This document shows positions 27,698-35,583 of a stretch of DNA of 64,000 bases, one piece after another. The translations under genes were made by a program, and so were the position numbers. The notes under the pieces are model-generated. The model was not told the DNA's origin and did not search any database. It saw only the letters and a list, made by a program, of their open reading frames with translations. The stretch's first letter is position 1. Every line of letters starts with the position of its first letter. Origin of the DNA: Vicinamibacterales bacterium (GTDB lineage Bacteria > Acidobacteriota > Vicinamibacteria > Vicinamibacterales > JAMQPK01); assembly GCA_035937795.1 (NCBI GenBank), contig DASZHO010000149.1, positions 5,185 to 69,184 of the forward strand, written 5' to 3'.

Positions 27698-27735
27698 CCC
27701 AAAGCCCAAAGCCCAAGCCGAGAGCCCAGAGCCCC
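27698..27735. repeat. Heptanucleotide tandem array (AAAGCCC/AGAGCCC, about 5 units) between the two divergent ECF promoters
   Basis: ccc aaagccc aaagccc aagccg agagccc agagccc c, read directly. Confidence 0.85.
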
Positions 27736-27736
27736 T

Positions 27737-27765
27737 GAAACAATCCTGTCTCGGGCGCAGTCTAA
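27737..27765 (+). promoter_or_regulatory. ECF-type promoter copy 2: GAAACAA-N16-GTCTAA upstream of the DUF6249-like gene
   Basis: tGAAACAA TCCTGTCTCGGGCGCA GTCTAATC. Same 7-mer, same spacing and same 8-mer as copy 1. The ATG lies 76 nt downstream. Confidence 0.6.
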
Positions 27766-27791
27766 TCTCTCCATGACGCTATTCTTGGGGT

Positions 27792-27840
27792 GCAGCTAAC
27801 TTGGGCAACTAACTTGGGCAACTAACTTGGGGAGCAGCTA
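27792..27840. repeat. 13-nt x3 tandem repeat (gcaRctaacttgg) in the predicted 5' leader of the DUF6249-like gene
   Basis: gcagctaacttgg gcaactaacttgg gcaactaacttgg, then ggagcagcta. The array ends 1 nt before ATG 27842 and supplies its GGGGAG Shine-Dalgarno. Confidence 0.85.
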
Positions 27841-27841
27841 C

Positions 27842-28243
27842 ATGGATGGCCTCGCGGAAATACTCGTCCCAATCGCCGCGATTCTCGGAGGACTCGGGTT
27901 TGCGGGCTACGCCATGAGCATCAAAGTGCGCATGCGCGAGATGCATCATCGCGAGCGCTTGGCCATGATCGAAAAGGGGATGACGCCGCCCCCCCTCCCG
28001 ACGCGGTCCGACCGCGATTTTGGTAGCCGCCACCGGCGCGGATCCGGGATCATCTGCATCTTTGCCGGCTTGGGGCTCGCCTTTCTGCTCGGCTATGGGA
28101 ACAACCAGGGGATGCAGGGGTATGCCATCGGCGCCTTTGTGGCGCTGATTGGCGTCGCGATACTCATCAACAGCATCCTGGACAGTCGTCCGCTCAGGGA
28201 CTCCAACCCCCCACGCTCCGATTCCAGCCCGCACCCGATGTAA
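27842..28243 (+). CDS. Small membrane protein, DUF6249-like (typical ECF-sigma neighbour)
   Basis: ORF 27827..28243; ATG at 27842 (MDGLAEILVPIAAILGGLGFAGYAM). Has a TM helix, a charged REMHHRERLAMIEKG segment and two more TM helices. Confidence 0.75.
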   Translation: MDGLAEILVPIAAILGGLGFAGYAMSIKVRMREMHHRERLAMIEKGMTPPPLPTRSDRDFGSRHRRGSGIICIFAGLGLAFLLGYGNNQGMQGYAIGAFVALIGVAILINSILDSRPLRDSNPPRSDSSPHPM

Positions 28244-28250
28244 AGCCTTT

Positions 28251-28256
28251 TATAAT
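28251..28256 (+). promoter_or_regulatory. Perfect TATAAT hexamer 13 nt upstream of the hydrolase-PDZ start codon (candidate -10 box)
   Basis: ccttttTATAATcggccagagtggtATG. No convincing -35 element. Confidence 0.3.
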
Positions 28257-28269
28257 CGGCCAGAGTGGT

Positions 28270-29862
28270 ATGAAACGGATTCCCCTGGCCGGCGTCGCGC
28301 TGGCGTGTTTGGCCGCAGCCCGGATGGGCGCCTCTCCCGCGCCCGATGCCTCGGCAATCGATCGCGCCTTCCAGGAGTTCCTGGGCGCGCCGGACCAGGC
28401 GGCGGCAGCCAGGCGCGCCGACGCCGTCGTGAAAAGCGGCGTGCCGTTCGACGAAGCTGTCGCCCGGCTGCGGCGCGGCCGTGACTACTCGACGAGCGTG
28501 GCACGCGGCACCGAGCACGGCCGTCATCGCACATTCGACGGCGTCGAACACGACTACACGTTCGTTGTCCCCGCCAACTACGATCCGTCGCGGCAATACC
28601 GGCTCCGCGTGCAGCTGCACGGCGGCGTGAGCAGACCGGAGCAGCCCGACCCCAACCGCCTGGGCATTGGCCGTCTTCCCGGCACGGTCGAAGAGATCTC
28701 CGTATTTCCTTCGGCGTGGGCTGATTCGCTGTGGTGGCAGGCATCGCAGGTCGACAACCTCGCGAAGATCCTCGACAAGCTGAAACGTACGTACAACGTC
28801 GATGAGAACCGCGTGTACCTCACCGGCATATCCGATGGCGGCACGGGCGCCTATTTCATGGCCTTCCGCGACACGACGCCGTGGGCGAGCTTTCTGCCGC
28901 TCAACGGCAACATGCTGGTGCTGGCGTCGCCCGAGGTGGGGGCCGACGGCGAGATGTTTCCGGGGAACGCCGTCAACAAGCCATTTTTCGTCGTGAACGG
29001 AGGGCTCGATCGGCTCTATCCGGCGCATATCGTGCAGCCCTACGTTGAGCACCTCGAGAAACTCGGCGCCGACGTGGTGTTTCACGTGCAGCCGGACGCC
29101 GATCACAACACCGACTGGTGGCCCGAAGAGCGCGCCGCGTATGAGGCATTTGTCGACGGCCATCCGCGCGATCCGTTGCCGGACAAACTGTCGTGGGAGA
29201 CCGAGCGCACCGATCGCTACAACCGTGCCCATTGGCTCGTGATCGATCGGCTTGGCGACGTCGCCGGCCAGGCGAAGCTTGCCGACAGCAATCTGCTCCT
29301 CGGGCGCGTCGAATATGACTTCGGGTTGCGGATCAGCTCGAACATAGACGGCGGGCGGCGCGTGCTCGACGTGGCGCCGAACTCGAACGCATATCGGATC
29401 GGCCTGCGCCCCGGTGATCTGATTCTCGACGTGGAAGGGCGGACGGTGCAGACTGCCCGCGATATTGTTGAACCGATGCAGCAATGGGCCATCGGCCGAA
29501 CGGTGCGGGTGACCGTCGAGCGTGCTGGCCGGAGCGTGTCGCTGGAAGGGCCGTTTCAGCCGGATCAGTTCGAGGCGCCGGGAGGTCCCATCTTCCCCCG
29601 CGGGAAACCGTCGGGGCGTATCGACCTGGCGCGCCACGCGAACGTGGTCGAAGCATCGACGCGCGGCGTCCGCGCGTTCACGCTTCTGCTGTCGCCATCG
29701 AAATTCGATTTGACCAAGCCTGTTCGCGTCGTCGCCAACGGGCGAACCGTGTTTGAGGGCCCGGTCGCGCCGAGCGTGGCGACGCTTCTGAAATGGGCCG
29801 CGCGCGATAACGATCGAACGATGCTGTTCGGCGCCGAATTGACGGTAGACCTGACAAAATAG
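28270..29862 (+). CDS. Secreted alpha/beta-hydrolase (esterase/peptidase-like) with C-terminal PDZ domain
   Basis: Signal peptide present. Nucleophile elbow GISDGG and catalytic-type DADH are present. PDZ-like segment: YRIGLRPGDLILDVEGRTVQTARDIV. Confidence 0.8.
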   Translation: MKRIPLAGVALACLAAARMGASPAPDASAIDRAFQEFLGAPDQAAAARRADAVVKSGVPFDEAVARLRRGRDYSTSVARGTEHGRHRTFDGVEHDYTFVVPANYDPSRQYRLRVQLHGGVSRPEQPDPNRLGIGRLPGTVEEISVFPSAWADSLWWQASQVDNLAKILDKLKRTYNVDENRVYLTGISDGGTGAYFMAFRDTTPWASFLPLNGNMLVLASPEVGADGEMFPGNAVNKPFFVVNGGLDRLYPAHIVQPYVEHLEKLGADVVFHVQPDADHNTDWWPEERAAYEAFVDGHPRDPLPDKLSWETERTDRYNRAHWLVIDRLGDVAGQAKLADSNLLLGRVEYDFGLRISSNIDGGRRVLDVAPNSNAYRIGLRPGDLILDVEGRTVQTARDIVEPMQQWAIGRTVRVTVERAGRSVSLEGPFQPDQFEAPGGPIFPRGKPSGRIDLARHANVVEASTRGVRAFTLLLSPSKFDLTKPVRVVANGRTVFEGPVAPSVATLLKWAARDNDRTMLFGAELTVDLTK

Positions 29863-29887
29863 GAACGTGGGACCGGGTCATTAAGTG

Positions 29888-30481
29888 ATGGAATATCGGA
29901 TCACGCAATATCCGCTCGAACAGGGCGCGCTCGAGATTCAGTACATCGAGGAATTCTTCGGCGAGTATCAGCGGCGCAAGACCGTTGCGGAGATTGTGGG
30001 CCGCCTCGAGCACCGCGATCATCTGATTCTGATGGCGACGGCGCCGCTCCCAGACGATCCCGGCAGCGTCGTGCCGGTGTCCTATAAGGTGGCGCACGAG
30101 ATCCGTCTGCACGAGGACAACCCGAAGCTGCAAGACCTGGTGGCGCGGCTGCGCGAGCACGTCAAGTTCGAAGGAAGACGGATCCTCTATACCTGGATTG
30201 GCGGCACGCGGCGTGATTGGCGCGGCCAGGGGCACTTTCGCGCGTTGACCGAACAGCAGGAAGCATGGGCGCTGGAACAGGGCTTCGACGAGATCATCGT
30301 CAAAACCAAGAACAAGTTCTACGAGATGCGCGGCACGCTCGACCATCTCCGCTTCGACGTCGTGAAATACGAGCCGCACGCCGACAACCGCGAGTCGAAA
30401 GTCTATCTGAGCAAGAAATTGAATCCGGACGTGCTGGACACGCACCGGATGATGCGTACCGTCGTGACCATGGAATCGTAA
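29888..30481 (+). CDS. GNAT family N-acetyltransferase
   Basis: ORF 29885..30481 (GTG); ATG at 29888. Acetyl-CoA-binding-type motif RRDWRGQGHFRAL. Confidence 0.7.
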   Translation: MEYRITQYPLEQGALEIQYIEEFFGEYQRRKTVAEIVGRLEHRDHLILMATAPLPDDPGSVVPVSYKVAHEIRLHEDNPKLQDLVARLREHVKFEGRRILYTWIGGTRRDWRGQGHFRALTEQQEAWALEQGFDEIIVKTKNKFYEMRGTLDHLRFDVVKYEPHADNRESKVYLSKKLNPDVLDTHRMMRTVVTMES

Positions 30482-30491
30482 CAGGCTGCGA

Positions 30492-30878
30492 TCATGGGCG
30501 GGAATTGAGCGTAATGATGAGTTTCTGCAGTCCCGCCACCACTTGGCTGTACTTCTGCTCGAAATCCCGGTACACTTCGGGGCGTAGCAAACCCAATCTG
30601 CTGGAGAGACCCAGCAGGTAAAGCACCTCCGCAGCAGAGCCTGCTGCGACGTTCACGAAATGAAGATAGTCGCGCATTGTTCGACGAATACAGCCTTCGA
30701 CGAGGTTGGTCGGTACCGAGATGGCGGCTCGCCGGATCTGATCGCACAATCCGAAACGTTCTTCCGAAGGAAACGCGGACGTTTTTGCGTACACCTCAAT
30801 GACAAGTTCATCGGCCAGCCACCTTCCGGAGGCAAAAACCAATCCGTACCGTGACACCGTCTCTGGCCCAGAGCCCAA
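30492..30878 (-). CDS. Four-helix-bundle protein (23S rRNA intervening-sequence protein family)
   Basis: Family hallmarks: FPSEERFGLCDQIRRAAISVPTNLVEG and AAGSAAEVLYLLGLSSRLGLL. The listed start is a TTG inside the heptamer array; GTG 30857 or TTG 30842 are alternatives. Confidence 0.8.
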   Translation of the reverse strand: MGSGPETVSRYGLVFASGRWLADELVIEVYAKTSAFPSEERFGLCDQIRRAAISVPTNLVEGCIRRTMRDYLHFVNVAAGSAAEVLYLLGLSSRLGLLRPEVYRDFEQKYSQVVAGLQKLIITLNSRP

Positions 30879-30913
30879 ACCCCAGAGCCCAAAGCCCGAA
30901 GCCCAGAGCCCAT
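30865..30913. repeat. Heptanucleotide tandem array, 7 units of AGCCCAR, between the four-helix-bundle gene and parC
   Basis: ggcccag agcccaa accccag agcccaa agcccga agcccag agcccat. It ends 5 nt before the parC ATG (30919). Confidence 0.9.
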
Positions 30914-30918
30914 TTTAG

Positions 30919-33324
30919 ATGTCCAAACGGCGAAAACCCGCAGACGTGAAGCTCGACTTCGATTCGCCGGTCGAACCGGGATCGGCCGAGGGCGGCAACG
31001 GCAGCGGTGGCGGCCAGGCCGCCGTTTCTCTACACGAGGCGGCGCAGTCGCGCTACCTGAATTACGCGCTGTCGGTGATCACGTCGCGCGCGTTGCCGGA
31101 TGTGCGCGATGGGCTCAAGCCGGTTCAGCGCCGCATCCTTTATACGATGTGGCAGCAGGGGCTGACCGCCGACACGAAGTTCCGCAAGTGCGCGAAGGTC
31201 GTTGGCGACGTGATGGGAAGCTTTCATCCCCACGGCGACGCCGCCATCTACGAGACGCTCGTGCGTATGGCGCAGTCGTTTTCGCTGCGATATCCGCTGA
31301 TCGACGGCTCGGGGAACTTCGGATCGCTCGACGGCGACAACGCCGCGGCGATGCGCTACACGGAGTGCCGCCTGACGAGACTCAGCGACGAGCTGCTCGC
31401 GGAAATCGAGCAGGACACCGTGCCCTATCGGCCGAACTACGACGGCACCAAGACCGAGCCGGTCGTGCTGCCCGCGCGGCTGCCGAATCTGTTGATCAAC
31501 GGCGCCACCGGCATTGCCGTCGGCATGGCCACCAACATCCCGCCGCACAATCTCGGGGAGGTCTGCACCGCGCTCGTCCGCCTGCTCGACAATGACGAGC
31601 TCGGCAACGCCCAGTTGTGCAAATACATCAAAGGGCCGGATTTTCCAACGGGCGGGCAGATTCTGAACTCGCCAGAAGAGATCAAGGCCTTGTATCGCAC
31701 CGGCAGCGGCTCGATCAGGCTGCGCGGCACGTGGGATATCGGCGAGGAGACCCGGACGACCAAGACCGTCCACATCGACAGCGTGCCCTACACGGTGAAC
31801 AAGGCTCAGCTGGTCGAGCGCATCGCCGAGGTGGTGCTCAGCAGGAAGCTTCCGCAGCTTCTCGATGTGAAGGACGTGTCGACCGAGGACGTGCGCATTG
31901 CCCTCGAGCTGAAAAAGGACGCCGACGAGAAGATGGTGATGGCCTACCTCTACAAGCACACGCCGCTGCAGACGACGTTCCCGGTCAATCTGACGTGCCT
32001 GATTCCAACGGAGAATCCCGAGGTCGGTCGCCCGGAGCGGCTGGACCTGAAATCGATTCTCTGGCACTTCCTCCACTTCCGCCTCGAAGTGGTGACCAAC
32101 CGGCTCGAGCACGAGCTCGAGGCGCTGAAGAAGCGCATCCATATTCTCGAAGGCTTCGAGCAGGTGTTTGCCGTGCTCGACGAGGTCCTGCGGATCGTCC
32201 GCAAGTCGGACGGCAAGCAGGACGCCGCCGAAAAAATCATGAAGCGCTTCGGGCTCGATGCCGAGCAGACCGACGCGATTCTCGAGCTGAAGATTTACCG
32301 CCTCGCGCGGCTCGAGATACTGGTCATCCAGCAGGAGCTGGACGAGAGACGGAAGCGCGCGAAGCAAATCAGCGGTCTGTTGAAGAACGAGGAGAGCCGC
32401 TGGAAGCTGGTGCGCGAAGAGCTCGAGGACATCCAGAGAACGTACGCGGACGCCAAGACCGACAAGCGGCGCACGAAGATCGAGGCCGAGGAAACCGTCG
32501 AGTACTCGGTCGACGACTTCATCGTAGAGGAAGACAACGTCGTGATCGTGTCGCAGGACGGGTGGGTGAAGCGGCAGAAGGAAGTGAAGGACCTGTCGAC
32601 CACGCGGCTTCGTGAAGGTGATGCGGTGCTCGCCGTGCTCGTCGGCAGCACGCGAGCGACGGTTGTGTTCTTCACGAATTTCGGCAGCGCGTATACGTGC
32701 CGCGTGATCGACGTGCCGGCTTCCACTGGTTACGGAGAGCCGGTGCAGAGCCTGTTCAAGCTCAAGGACGGCGAGCGCGTGATTGCGGCAGCCAGCCTCG
32801 ATCCGCGCCTGGCGGCCGGGATCAAACCGAAGAAAGAAGGCGACATCCCACCCACGCACGCGGTGGCGGTGACAAGCGACGGCTACAGCTTGCGCTTCGG
32901 TCTCGAGCCGTTTGTCGAAGCGAGCACCCGCGCCGGCCGGAGATTTGCGCGCGTCGGCCAGGACGCCGAAGTGGTGGGCGTGTCGGTGGTGCGCGGCGGC
33001 GAGATCCTGATTGCCGCCACGCGGCAGGCGCGTGCGCTGCTGTGCAAGGTGGACGAAGTGAACTTTCTGTCCGGCCCGGGCCGCGGTGTGATTTTGATCA
33101 AGCTCGGAAAAAAAGACGACGACCGCGTGCTGGGATTTGTCGCCTCGACGGGCGATCGCGATCTCCTGACGGTGGAGACCACGCGCGGTGCGACGCAGAC
33201 AATCAGCACCGGGAAATACAGCGTAACGGGTCGCGGCGGCCGCGGCCGCGAGCTCCTTCAGCGCGGTGAGTTTACGCGCGTTGTGCCTGCGATTCCCGAG
33301 CTTCCCCAGATTTCCGGTGCCTGA
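30919..33324 (+). CDS. parC: Type IIA topoisomerase subunit A, ParC-like (topoisomerase IV A)
   Basis: [19 protein letters not shown] (Gln, as in ParC, where GyrA has His), [12 protein letters not shown], catalytic Tyr in [10 protein letters not shown]. No GyrA-box seen at the start of the C-terminal domain. Followed by a 635-aa B subunit. Confidence 0.8.
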   Translation: MSKRRKPADVKLDFDSPVEPGSAEGGNGSGGGQAAVSLHEAAQSRYLNYALSVITSRALPDVRDGLKPVQRRILYTMWQQGLTADTKFRKCAKVVGDVMGSFHPHGDAAIYETLVRMAQSFSLRYPLIDGSGNFGSLDGDNAAAMRYTECRLTRLSDELLAEIEQDTVPYRPNYDGTKTEPVVLPARLPNLLINGATGIAVGMATNIPPHNLGEVCTALVRLLDNDELGNAQLCKYIKGPDFPTGGQILNSPEEIKALYRTGSGSIRLRGTWDIGEETRTTKTVHIDSVPYTVNKAQLVERIAEVVLSRKLPQLLDVKDVSTEDVRIALELKKDADEKMVMAYLYKHTPLQTTFPVNLTCLIPTENPEVGRPERLDLKSILWHFLHFRLEVVTNRLEHELEALKKRIHILEGFEQVFAVLDEVLRIVRKSDGKQDAAEKIMKRFGLDAEQTDAILELKIYRLARLEILVIQQELDERRKRAKQISGLLKNEESRWKLVREELEDIQRTYADAKTDKRRTKIEAEETVEYSVDDFIVEEDNVVIVSQDGWVKRQKEVKDLSTTRLREGDAVLAVLVGSTRATVVFFTNFGSAYTCRVIDVPASTGYGEPVQSLFKLKDGERVIAAASLDPRLAAGIKPKKEGDIPPTHAVAVTSDGYSLRFGLEPFVEASTRAGRRFARVGQDAEVVGVSVVRGGEILIAATRQARALLCKVDEVNFLSGPGRGVILIKLGKKDDDRVLGFVASTGDRDLLTVETTRGATQTISTGKYSVTGRGGRGRELLQRGEFTRVVPAIPELPQISGA

Positions 33325-33585
33325 CACGATCTCCATCCGCAAGTTCAGAGCAGGCGACGTCGCGCACGTGCCGCTGCTCGTACTTTTCACGCCGGTTTGG
33401 TACACTGGGGCATCGAGGAATGACTCGAAGTGGTTTGATGACCTCGTACGCGGGTGGCGCCGATTTTTTCTTGCCCGCCGCGCAGGGCCGTCTCACGTGA
33501 CAGGTGGTTGTCGGCCCGAGGACGGGCGAGGAAAAATCGGCGACAGGACCCGCTTAGTGAGGTTATCGAAACCGTCTCTAATTTA

Positions 33586-35493
33586 ATGGCCTACACCGCC
33601 AAAGACATCACCGTCCTGGAAGGCCTCGAGCCGGTTCGCCGCCGCCCCGGCATGTACATCGGCGGCGTCGGATCCTCCGGGCTCCATCACCTCGTCTGGG
33701 AGATTCTCGACAATTCGATCGACGAGGCCATGAACGGCCACGCCTCGAACATCTGGGTCACCCTGCACAAAGACGGTTCCTCGATCACCGTCGAAGATGA
33801 CGGGCGCGGGATCCCGATCGATAAGCATCCGACCAGCAAGAAGAGCGCGTTGGAAGTGATTTTCACGATGCTGCACGCCGGCGGAAAATTCGATCACGGC
33901 AGCTACAAAACGGCGGGCGGCCTTCACGGGGTGGGCGCGAGCGTCGTGAATGCGCTCTCGAAGGAACTGGTGGCGACCGTTCGCCGCGATGGTGCCGAAT
34001 GGGAGCAGCGGTTCAAGCAGGGCCAGCCTCTGGGACCGCCGAGAAAAGTTGGTCCCGCGCGCGGCAGCGGCACGAAGATTTTTTTCCGTCCGGACCCGGC
34101 GATCTTTCCGAAAGTGGAGCTCGACGCCGTCGTCATCGCCGAGCGCCTCGATGTAGCCAGCTATCTGCACAAGGGGCTCAAGATCACATTCGAGAGCGAG
34201 GCCGAGAAGACCAGGGCCACCTTCGAGCACAGCGATGGGCTCGTTGCCTACTTGAAGAAGATTGTGGCCGAGCGCGGCGCCAAACCGATTCACGATGCCG
34301 CGTTCACGCTGGAAAAGCAGAACGGCTTGCGCCTCGATCTCGTGTTGCAATGGACCGAGTCGACCGAAGAGCACATCCGGAGCTACGTGAACGGCATTCC
34401 CACGGGATCCGGCGGCACGCACGAGAACGGACTGCGCGCTGGCCTGGGCAAGGCGATGCGGAATTTCATCGACACGCATAACCTGTCGCCCAAAGGCGTG
34501 ACGATTGCCGCCGAAGACATCCGCGAGGGCCTTACCGGCGTGTTGAGCATCTTCATGCAGGAGCCCCAATTTCAAGGGCAAACCAAAGATCGGTTGAACA
34601 ACCCCGAAGCGATGTCGGCCGTCGATTCGCTGGTCCGCCCCGGCCTCGAGCACTGGCTGAATCACAACAGCAGCGTGGCCGAAGCGATTGTGGCGCGGAT
34701 CATTCTCGCGGCTCGGGCGCGTGAAGCCAGCCGCGCGGCGTCGCAGGAAGTGACGCGGAAGAGTGCGACGTCGGGCCGGCTGAATCTTCCCGGCAAGCTG
34801 AGCGATTGCAGCGGCTCGGGCCGCTCCGATTCCGAGCTCTTCATCGTCGAAGGCGACTCGGCCGGCGGATCGGCCAAGCAAGGCCGCGACCGGACGCGCC
34901 AGGCGATCCTTCCGCTGCGCGGCAAAGTGCTGAATACCGAGAGCGCGTCGCTGGCCAAGGTGCTCGAGAACAAGGAATTGTCCGATCTGGTGACGGCCAT
35001 CGGCACCGGACTGGGGAAGAACTTCGATCTGGCGCGCCTGCGCTACGGCAAGCTGATCATCCTGGCCGACGCAGATTCGGACGGGAATCACATTGCCACT
35101 CTGCTCCTGACGTTTCTCTATCGGCATATTCCGCAACTGATCAAGGAAGGCAAGGTCTTTCTCGCGCAGCCGCCGCTCTATCGCATCGACATCGGCAAAG
35201 AGACATTCTGGGCGCTCGACGATGCGCACCGGGATGCGATTGTGAAGAAGCACAAGAGTAGCAACGGCCGCGGGAACCCCGAGATCACGCGATTCAAGGG
35301 CCTTGGCGAGATGATGCCGAAAGTGCTGTGGGAAACGACACTCAACCCGAAGACCCGCCGCCTCCTGCGCGTCGACATTTCAGACCAGATCGTGACCGAC
35401 CGCGTGATCAACGAACTGATGGGCAAAGACGCCAGCGCCCGCTTCCGCTTCATCATGGAGCGCGCCGAGGAAGCCGAGGAGCTCGACGTCTAG
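33586..35493 (+). CDS. parE: Type IIA topoisomerase subunit B, ParE-like (topoisomerase IV B)
   Basis: ORF 33454..35493; ATG at 33586 (MAYTAKDITVLEGLEPVRRRPGMYIGG). GHKL ATPase motifs (GGLHGVGASVVNALS), Toprim EGDSAGGSAKQGRDR and the PLRGKVLN motif. Confidence 0.85.
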   Translation: MAYTAKDITVLEGLEPVRRRPGMYIGGVGSSGLHHLVWEILDNSIDEAMNGHASNIWVTLHKDGSSITVEDDGRGIPIDKHPTSKKSALEVIFTMLHAGGKFDHGSYKTAGGLHGVGASVVNALSKELVATVRRDGAEWEQRFKQGQPLGPPRKVGPARGSGTKIFFRPDPAIFPKVELDAVVIAERLDVASYLHKGLKITFESEAEKTRATFEHSDGLVAYLKKIVAERGAKPIHDAAFTLEKQNGLRLDLVLQWTESTEEHIRSYVNGIPTGSGGTHENGLRAGLGKAMRNFIDTHNLSPKGVTIAAEDIREGLTGVLSIFMQEPQFQGQTKDRLNNPEAMSAVDSLVRPGLEHWLNHNSSVAEAIVARIILAARAREASRAASQEVTRKSATSGRLNLPGKLSDCSGSGRSDSELFIVEGDSAGGSAKQGRDRTRQAILPLRGKVLNTESASLAKVLENKELSDLVTAIGTGLGKNFDLARLRYGKLIILADADSDGNHIATLLLTFLYRHIPQLIKEGKVFLAQPPLYRIDIGKETFWALDDAHRDAIVKKHKSSNGRGNPEITRFKGLGEMMPKVLWETTLNPKTRRLLRVDISDQIVTDRVINELMGKDASARFRFIMERAEEAEELDV

Positions 35494-35583
35494 CGGCGAC
35501 ACGCGGGTCACATCCCTCCCATTGATCTAGAATCAGTCATCACGTCAACAAAAGACGCCTATCGGCACACGCAGATCGGGTGG

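Noticed and set aside
27683-27799. 38-aa ORF with a strong AGGAG-N5-ATG between the divergent ECF promoters (MPLFRPKAQSPSREPRAPETILSRAQSNLSMTLFLGCS).
   Set aside because: It starts upstream of the predicted plus-strand transcription start and lies behind the minus-strand promoter, so no identified promoter would transcribe it. Half of it is heptamer-repeat translation.
33420-33500. 27-aa ORF (MTRSGLMTSYAGGADFFLPAAQGRLT) in the parC-parE spacer.
   Set aside because: The GAGGA overlaps the ATG, so there is no spacing. There is no motif and no supporting signal.
35494-35583. Upstream extension of the membrane protein gene to include an in-frame YRHTQIGW, which resembles N-termini of some membrane PH-domain proteins.
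   Set aside because: There is no ATG, GTG or TTG in frame between the TAG at 35491 and 35584. The TAGAAT -10-like hexamer at 35528 would place the transcription start inside this stretch.
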